Sequence record: SRR31156797_6660
Strand: one strand, 5' to 3'
Length of the DNA: 44,755 nucleotides
Shown: positions 38,796 to 44,755 of the stretch, piece after piece
Layout: every line of letters begins with the position of its first letter
Numbering within the stretch: position 1 is the first letter of the stretch
Position numbers and translations under genes: made by a program
The notes under the pieces: generated by a model
Database searches by the model: none
What the model saw: only the letters and a program-made list of their open reading frames with translations
Told to the model about the DNA's origin: nothing

Positions 38796-39743
38796 TTAAA
38801 TCAATAAAACCATCGTGATCATTGTTATGCAGGAAGAGATAAAAGTTGCGAAAATCAGGATGGATGTCAGCTCGGCATCACAACCATACCGTTTGGCAAA
38901 TACTGCTGTCATGGCAGCGGTTGGCATGGCGGCTTCAAGCACAACAATTTCGTGCCAGATGTCCGGAAATTGAAACAAACCTGCCTGAAAGTGCGACAGT
39001 AGAGGTTGAATAACCAACTTGATTAATACAGCTACAGCAACAATCCACCATACCCTACGCAAATCTTTAAAATGAAGCATCACTCCAATGGTAACAGCCA
39101 CCATAAATGTGTTTGCATTTGATATGAGTTCCAGCATTTTGTAAATCCCGGATACCATGATATTTTGCCTGGGTAAATCGATAAAGGAAATTGCAATACC
39201 AAGGATCAATGCAATAAAAATCGGGGAATAAAAAAACCTGGCCATCTCCCTCAGCTTAAGTCTAAGCGATTGCTGGCCGGAATTCCCAAAGTACATGGCT
39301 ATAAAAATCCCCATGGTGAACAACAGGGTAGCCACACCGAGTTCGCTCACAATTGCTGCATCAGCCAGTGCTTCAGCATTATTGTGGAAAGCTTCTTTTA
39401 CAACGGCATAGCCTAAAAATGCTGAACTGGTGAACGTACTGGCTAAAATCAACGCTCCCCGCCGTGGCCTCGACAACTTCAGCATCCAGCTTATGACCCA
39501 TGCAATCAAAGCACAGGTAACCTGTGAAATCACCATCACCAGGGCAAGCAATAGCTTCTCTGCCTCAAATTGTTGGTTGGAAAGTGCCGAAAGGATAAGT
39601 GCAGGAATGGATACGTTAATGATAATTTTACTGAGCGTCAGGCCATCGCTTTCTTTTAATATACCCCATTCACGAAGGAACATTCCCAAAAAGATCAGGA
39701 ATATCAGTATGATTAATGCCTGTACTGCACTGTATTCAAACAT
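38796..39743 (-). CDS. AEC (auxin efflux carrier) family transporter
   Basis: About 10 TM helices; PALIL, FLGY, SPIFIALILG, KLVIQP and EAAMPTA..FAKRYG motifs. Confidence 0.88.
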   Translation of the reverse strand: MFEYSAVQALIILIFLIFLGMFLREWGILKESDGLTLSKIIINVSIPALILSALSNQQFEAEKLLLALVMVISQVTCALIAWVISWMLKLSRPRRGALILASTFTSSAFLGYAVVKEAFHNNAEALADAAIVSELGVATLLFTMGIFIAMYFGNSGQQSLRLKLREMARFFYSPIFIALILGIAISFIDLPRQNIMVSGIYKMLELISNANTFMVAVTIGVMLHFKDLRRVWWIVAVAVLIKLVIQPLLSHFQAGLFQFPDIWHEIVVLEAAMPTAAMTAVFAKRYGCDAELTSILIFATFISSCITMITMVLLI

Positions 39744-39803
39744 GAAGCGAATTTATGGTTTTTTTATGGTAACCCACATCTCGAACAGCTTAAAAGTCAA
39801 TTC

Positions 39804-41756
39804 TTAATCCAGGAAGGCATATTTTTCACCATACTCTAACATCTGATTCATAAAATCATCCGGATACTCAATAATTACATCCTGAAGTTTTCCAGCGTTG
39901 TAAACCGGAATCAGCTTTGGATTGAGAAAGCCTGCAAATGGTGCTATTTTCAATTCTTTCCAACGGACCAAAACCTCAGCATGGATATCCTGATCTATCT
40001 TAACACCATAATTTTCTATCAAATTCCGGGCGGCATTAAAATCTCCTTCGGATTTAATACGTTGAACTTCCCGCAAGAGTTCGCCAAATATATCTCTGAG
40101 GCGATAATGATCATTTACCACGAAGTAGGTTTTCCCATTCCTTAATTTACGCTCGATTACGTTATCATGACTTCCTTTTTCAAATGCCCACTTGGCAATT
40201 AGTTGGCGATTGCGCATATGCGATTCCTCAATATTCTGTCCCAACTCAACACGCACAAGCTGTGTCATTAATCCACCCCTGATATAACTGTTATACTCTG
40301 CAAAACCAACTTCAACCGAAGGCATCAGGCCAAAGTCAACCAACTTTTTGTCGATGGCAAAATAGAGTGCGAATAAATCAGCGCGGGCTTCCTCAATCGT
40401 TGATGCATAGTTTTTCAAAGTTTCACCCGGATTTCCCACGCCTTCAGCCAATTTGCCGGAACCATGCCCCACTATTTCGTGCAGGTCAACATGAAGGACT
40501 GTTGCAAGGTGGCCATATTTTTTAGATAGATCTACCTCTTCTTTCGACCAGGCAAATTCCTCGATGGCACCTGATTCTTTGGAGGCCTCATCATAGGCTG
40601 CCATAATATTATTAATGGTAACTGATTTGGACCCATGCTTTGCCCGAATCCAGTCGGCGTTGGGCAAATTAATACCAATAGGTGTGGATGGCGAACAATC
40701 TCCTGACTCAACTACCACATTGATTCCACGTGCTGAAACACCCTGGACATTTTCCTTTTTGTACTCGGTGTGTGTTGGCGAATGATCCTCAAACCATTGC
40801 GCATTATTACTGATCGTTGCCGCCCTTTTGGTGGCCGCTTCATCACGGATTGAAACCACCGATTCAAAAGTTGCCTTCCTGCCAAGGGCATCGCCGTACA
40901 CTTCTATAAAACCATTTACAACATCTACAAATGTTTCCTGATCTTTAACCCAATGGATACTGTAATCATCGAATTTCTTGAGATCACCGGTTTTATAAAA
41001 CTCCACCAGCTTTTCCAAAGCGGTTTTTTGGGGTTCACTGGCAGCCACTTCGATGGCTTTTTCGAGCCAGAAAACCACCTTTTCGATGGCCGCAGAATAC
41101 ATACCTCCTACTTTCCAAACCTTTTCCTTTATCTTGCCATTTTCATTAATCAGCTTCGAGTTCAACCCCCAGGATACAGGTTCGGGGTCTTCGGGATCGG
41201 ACAGTTTTTTATAATATTCCTCTGCCTCTTCTTGTGAAATATTCTCGTAGAAATTATTGGCCGAACCTTTGATCAGATCAACACCTTCATCCTGCACAAC
41301 ACGCTTGGCATCCAGTTTTGGATCAAAAATGATTTTTACCAGATTATCTAATGCACCATCCGAAACCTCACCATTTCCAGGTGTTGAGAGATCGCTATTT
41401 TTAAGCAAGTCCCTGAAATACGATTCAGAAATGCCCGGCACAAATTTATCCATAGAATAGTGGTGATGTAGTCCATTTGAAAACCAGAATTTCTTGACAT
41501 ATACCACAAATTTTTCCCAATCATCACAATCCCTGTTTCCGGAATACGATCTCACAACCGCCTCAAGCAGATGCCTGATGGCCAGGTTGTGTTTATAATT
41601 CTGATCATAAATCATATCCCGTCCGGAAAGTGCTGCTTCGTACAAATAATAAAGCAGCTCTTTTTGACCGATGGGCAGGCTTTCGAATCCAGGCACCTGG
41701 TACCTTAATATTTTAATATCTGCAAACTGTTCAGTCTGAACTTTGAAATTTTTCAT
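39804..41756 (-). CDS. Dipeptidyl-peptidase III (peptidase M49)
   Basis: HEXXGH zinc motif (HEIVGH), EEARADLF, GINLPN, FIEVYGD and HMRNR; no signal peptide apparent. Confidence 0.93.
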   Translation of the reverse strand: MKNFKVQTEQFADIKILRYQVPGFESLPIGQKELLYYLYEAALSGRDMIYDQNYKHNLAIRHLLEAVVRSYSGNRDCDDWEKFVVYVKKFWFSNGLHHHYSMDKFVPGISESYFRDLLKNSDLSTPGNGEVSDGALDNLVKIIFDPKLDAKRVVQDEGVDLIKGSANNFYENISQEEAEEYYKKLSDPEDPEPVSWGLNSKLINENGKIKEKVWKVGGMYSAAIEKVVFWLEKAIEVAASEPQKTALEKLVEFYKTGDLKKFDDYSIHWVKDQETFVDVVNGFIEVYGDALGRKATFESVVSIRDEAATKRAATISNNAQWFEDHSPTHTEYKKENVQGVSARGINVVVESGDCSPSTPIGINLPNADWIRAKHGSKSVTINNIMAAYDEASKESGAIEEFAWSKEEVDLSKKYGHLATVLHVDLHEIVGHGSGKLAEGVGNPGETLKNYASTIEEARADLFALYFAIDKKLVDFGLMPSVEVGFAEYNSYIRGGLMTQLVRVELGQNIEESHMRNRQLIAKWAFEKGSHDNVIERKLRNGKTYFVVNDHYRLRDIFGELLREVQRIKSEGDFNAARNLIENYGVKIDQDIHAEVLVRWKELKIAPFAGFLNPKLIPVYNAGKLQDVIIEYPDDFMNQMLEYGEKYAFLD

Positions 41757-41772
41757 ATGCTAAAATTTTCGG

Positions 41773-41780
41773 CAAACTTA
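41773..41780 (-). promoter_or_regulatory. -7 promoter box for the DPP III gene
   Basis: TAAGTTTG on the minus strand, 16 nt upstream of the ATG. Confidence 0.5.
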
Positions 41781-41896
41781 CTAATCATTAATCGTGTAAA
41801 AATATTTTAATCTCCATTCCTCGGTTTTCGATTACCAAAGGAATGCTATTTTCAATCATTTCTCAATTTGCGTATCTTTACATAAATTTCGTTTAG

Positions 41897-42622
41897 ATGA
41901 AAAAGATAGTTCTACTTTGTTTTCTAACCTTCATATCGTTTCAATTTGTTCAGGGGCAGGCTGCCATACTGGTATTGATTTTTGGAGACAGAGCCGCCTC
42001 GGAAAAATTCTACTTCAGCCTGAAGGGTGGTATTAATTATTCTGATTTACCAAGGCTGGGGCAGGCAGCCTATAAACCCGGTGTACATTTTGGGCTGTCC
42101 AATAATCTAAAATTGAATGATCGATGGGATTTCGTTCCGGAGTTTATGCCACTTTCGTGGAAGGGAGCCGGTGAACTTGCTATTACACCTTTAGGCGCAC
42201 CGCAACTCGATTCACTGCAACCTATCGATGTGTGCCTCAATCGCCGGCTCAATTATCTTGATATTCCCTTATTGATGCGATACAAAATGCGAAACAAATT
42301 CAGATTTGAATTTGGCCCCCAAATCAGTTTTCTCACTTCGGCCAAAGATATTTACAGGGCAACCTTTGTTGAAGAGGATGATTTTACGTACATCGCAAAC
42401 AGGCATGATGATTTTAATAAAATCGACTTAGGTTTTGTAGTTGCCATTGGATACGCGCTAACTGATTTCACAACCGGAAAGGGCATCGAATTTTATCTTC
42501 GATATCAGGAAGGTTTCAGCAATATTTCAAAAATTTCCGGAGAAAACATTCACAATCGAACGTTCCAGTTTTCAGTGAGCTTCCCCTTTATTGTACCAAG
42601 TGAAGTCAGTACTAAAAATTAA
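41897..42622 (+). CDS. Outer-membrane beta-barrel (porin family / PorT-like) protein
   Basis: Signal ending VQG|Q; LKGGINYS, LNYLDIPLL.RY and GPQISFL; amphipathic terminal strand FQFSVSF. Confidence 0.8.
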   Translation: MKKIVLLCFLTFISFQFVQGQAAILVLIFGDRAASEKFYFSLKGGINYSDLPRLGQAAYKPGVHFGLSNNLKLNDRWDFVPEFMPLSWKGAGELAITPLGAPQLDSLQPIDVCLNRRLNYLDIPLLMRYKMRNKFRFEFGPQISFLTSAKDIYRATFVEEDDFTYIANRHDDFNKIDLGFVVAIGYALTDFTTGKGIEFYLRYQEGFSNISKISGENIHNRTFQFSVSFPFIVPSEVSTKN

Positions 42623-44755
42623 CCGGCAATTATCTCCCTTGCTTTTTTCAGGGCACTTTCGATACCTTCCGGATTTCTCCCTCCGGCAGTAGCAAAATGA
42701 GGTTGGCCTCCCCCACCACCCTGGATTTCTTTTGCAATTTCACGAACAATCTGTCCGGCATTCAATCCCTTTTCTTTGGTGAGTTTATCCGAAATCATCA
42801 CCGTCAGGTTGGCTTTACCATTGGCCGCATTGCCAATCACCAGCACAAGATCATCCACAATGTCCTTCATTTGGAATGCCAGATTCTTAGCGGTTTGCAT
42901 ATCACCATCAAGATTATGAGCGATGAAATTCATCCCGTTGATCTGCTCAGCTTTATTTTTCAGAATGAGTTTAAGGGAAGCCACTTTTTCATTCTTGAGT
43001 TCCTCGATTTCCTTTTCAAGGGCTTTCTTTTCGTCCACAAGTTGCTGCGCTGCTTTGAGTGGTTCCTTATTATTTTTCAGAATCTCTTTAAAATTGCTGA
43101 TTACCGATTCCTGTTCATAAAGCAAATCTTCAACTTTGTCACCTGTAATGGCCTCGATGCGGCGGATACCGGCAGCAATTGCTGATTCAGAAATAATTTT
43201 GAACATCCCGATATTGCCTGTGGCAGATACATGTGTTCCTCCACAAAACTCGATAGAGAATTCAGGATCGAAAGTTATTACACGCACATGGTCGCCATAC
43301 TTCTCACCAAATAAAGCGGCAGCGCCCATGGCTTTAGCCTGCTCGATGGGAACATTTCGTTTCTCATCAATCTGGATGTTTTCACGAATTTTTTTATTGA
43401 CAATATGTTCCACCTTCCTGATCTCCTCATCCGTAAGTTTGGAAAAGTGAGAAAAGTCGAAACGAAGCCTGTTTTCATCAACCAGTGATCCACGCTGTTC
43501 CACATGATCGCCCAATACCTCTTTTAATGCAGCATGCATCAGGTGAGTTGCGCTGTGATTATTCATGGTAAGAAACCGCTTATGTTCATCTACTTTTGCG
43601 ACAAATGGAGCTGAAACATCAGCAGGAAGCTTATCAGCAATATGAATAACCAGATCGTTTTCTTTTTGGGTATCCCGGATGATCACCTGTTCTTTATCAT
43701 TTTCCAGAACTCCCCTGTCACCAACCTGCCCGCCGCTTTCAGCATAAAATGGTGTTTTATTTAATACCACCTGGAAATAGGTTTCTTTTTTGGTTTTGAC
43801 CTTTCTGAATTTCATGATCTCAACGTCAGCCTCCAGGAATTCATATCCCAGAAATTCTGTTTCATCATCACCTTCACGAATAACCACCCAATCGTCAGTG
43901 TCCTTTTCGGCAGCCTGCCGTGAACGGTTTTTCTGTGCTTCGAGACCTTTATGAAATCCTTCCATATCAACTTCCAGGTTCTTTTCCCTGGCCATCAATT
44001 CTGTCAGGTCAATGGGGAAACCATAGGTATCGAACAACTCGAAAGCAAAGTCTCCATCCACTGTTTTTGAATCCGGGTTTTCCTGCAGGAATTGCTCAAA
44101 CCTTTTGATGCCCTGAGCCAGTGTTTTCAAAAATGCATTCTCCTCCTCCGTGATCACCTTCATTATGATGTCCTGTTGCTGCATAAGTTCAGGGAAAAAT
44201 TCACCCATTTCCTTCACCAAAACAGGAACAAGCTGATTTATAAAAGGCTCTTTAAAATCCAGGAAGGTAAATCCATAGCGTACAGCCCGCCTTAATATCC
44301 GGCGAATCACATACCCGGCCTTATTGTTCGACGGTATCTGTCCATCGGCAATGGCAAAGGAAATAGCCCGCACATGATCGCTGATCACGCGCATGGCAAT
44401 ATCCGTTTCTCTAGCATCACCATATTTCAAATCGGCCATCTCAGCAATCTTACTGATCAGCGGCTGAAAAACATCGGTATCGTAATTCGATTTTTTGCCC
44501 TGTAGTGCCATACTCAGCCTCTCGAATCCCATTCCCGTATCCACATGCTTGGCAGGGAGTTGCACAAGTGAGCTGTCTGCTTTTCGATTGAATTCAATAA
44601 AAACAAGGTTCCAGATTTCAATCACTTCCGGGTGATCCGTGTTTACCAGATCCCGTCCTGGCGTTTTAGCCTTTTCTTCATCACTCCTCAAATCGATGTG
44701 GATTTCTGAGCAGGGTCCGCATGGCCCTGTATCGCCCATTTCCCAGAAATTATCT
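42619..44755 (-). CDS. alaS: Alanine--tRNA ligase, 5'-truncated by the window end
   Basis: DNFWEMGDTGPCGPCSEI, EIWNLVF, DTGMGFER, YVIRRILRR, TPFYAESGGQ, NHSATH, CGGTH and GGGGG. The frame stays open to the window edge. Confidence 0.98.
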   Translation of the reverse strand, partial: DNFWEMGDTGPCGPCSEIHIDLRSDEEKAKTPGRDLVNTDHPEVIEIWNLVFIEFNRKADSSLVQLPAKHVDTGMGFERLSMALQGKKSNYDTDVFQPLISKIAEMADLKYGDARETDIAMRVISDHVRAISFAIADGQIPSNNKAGYVIRRILRRAVRYGFTFLDFKEPFINQLVPVLVKEMGEFFPELMQQQDIIMKVITEEENAFLKTLAQGIKRFEQFLQENPDSKTVDGDFAFELFDTYGFPIDLTELMAREKNLEVDMEGFHKGLEAQKNRSRQAAEKDTDDWVVIREGDDETEFLGYEFLEADVEIMKFRKVKTKKETYFQVVLNKTPFYAESGGQVGDRGVLENDKEQVIIRDTQKENDLVIHIADKLPADVSAPFVAKVDEHKRFLTMNNHSATHLMHAALKEVLGDHVEQRGSLVDENRLRFDFSHFSKLTDEEIRKVEHIVNKKIRENIQIDEKRNVPIEQAKAMGAAALFGEKYGDHVRVITFDPEFSIEFCGGTHVSATGNIGMFKIISESAIAAGIRRIEAITGDKVEDLLYEQESVISNFKEILKNNKEPLKAAQQLVDEKKALEKEIEELKNEKVASLKLILKNKAEQINGMNFIAHNLDGDMQTAKNLAFQMKDIVDDLVLVIGNAANGKANLTVMISDKLTKEKGLNAGQIVREIAKEIQGGGGGQPHFATAGGRNPEGIESALKKAREIIAG

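Noticed and set aside
41815-41845. Imperfect inverted repeat CATTCCTCGGT/ACCAAAGGAATG between divergent genes
   Set aside because: Single copy, no U-tract and not in a terminator position; too little evidence to assign a function.
42619-42622. Overlapping stop codons (TTAA) of the beta-barrel gene and alaS
   Set aside because: An ordinary 4-nt overlap of convergent genes.
42697-43185. 162-aa ORF antisense to alaS, and the other short ORFs nested in large genes
   Set aside because: They overlap well-supported genes and show no motifs or independent expression signals.

Overview
44.8 kb of Bacteroidota chromosome (probably Bacteroidales-like), judged from TAnnTTTG promoter boxes, T9SS C-terminal sorting domains and Gln-starting mature proteins. 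The backbone is housekeeping: a partial tRNA-Lys(UUU), a Sua5/YciO-family gene, a GH97 glucosidase, mnmE, sucD, valS, a PPi-type PFK, a 2-hydroxyacid dehydrogenase, an MMPL transporter, rfbA, a polyprenyl synthetase, TatA/B, secDF, an AEC transporter, DPP III and a partial alaS. Three large T9SS cargo proteins and a TPR-adenylate cyclase are interspersed. Most notable observations: (1) a higBA toxin-antitoxin module lies between two diverged copies of the dehydrogenase 3' end, which looks like an integrase-free gene-tail-replacement cassette; (2) a secreted S8/S53-like protease carries nine synonymously diverged ATALVN hexapeptides and sits directly upstream of a TPR-receptor adenylate cyclase; (3) a PorE-like OmpA protein has a fused degenerate retropepsin-like domain; (4) a cluster of covarying REP-like hairpins lies between mnmE and sucD. 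All calls were made by eye from motifs; no database searches were run.
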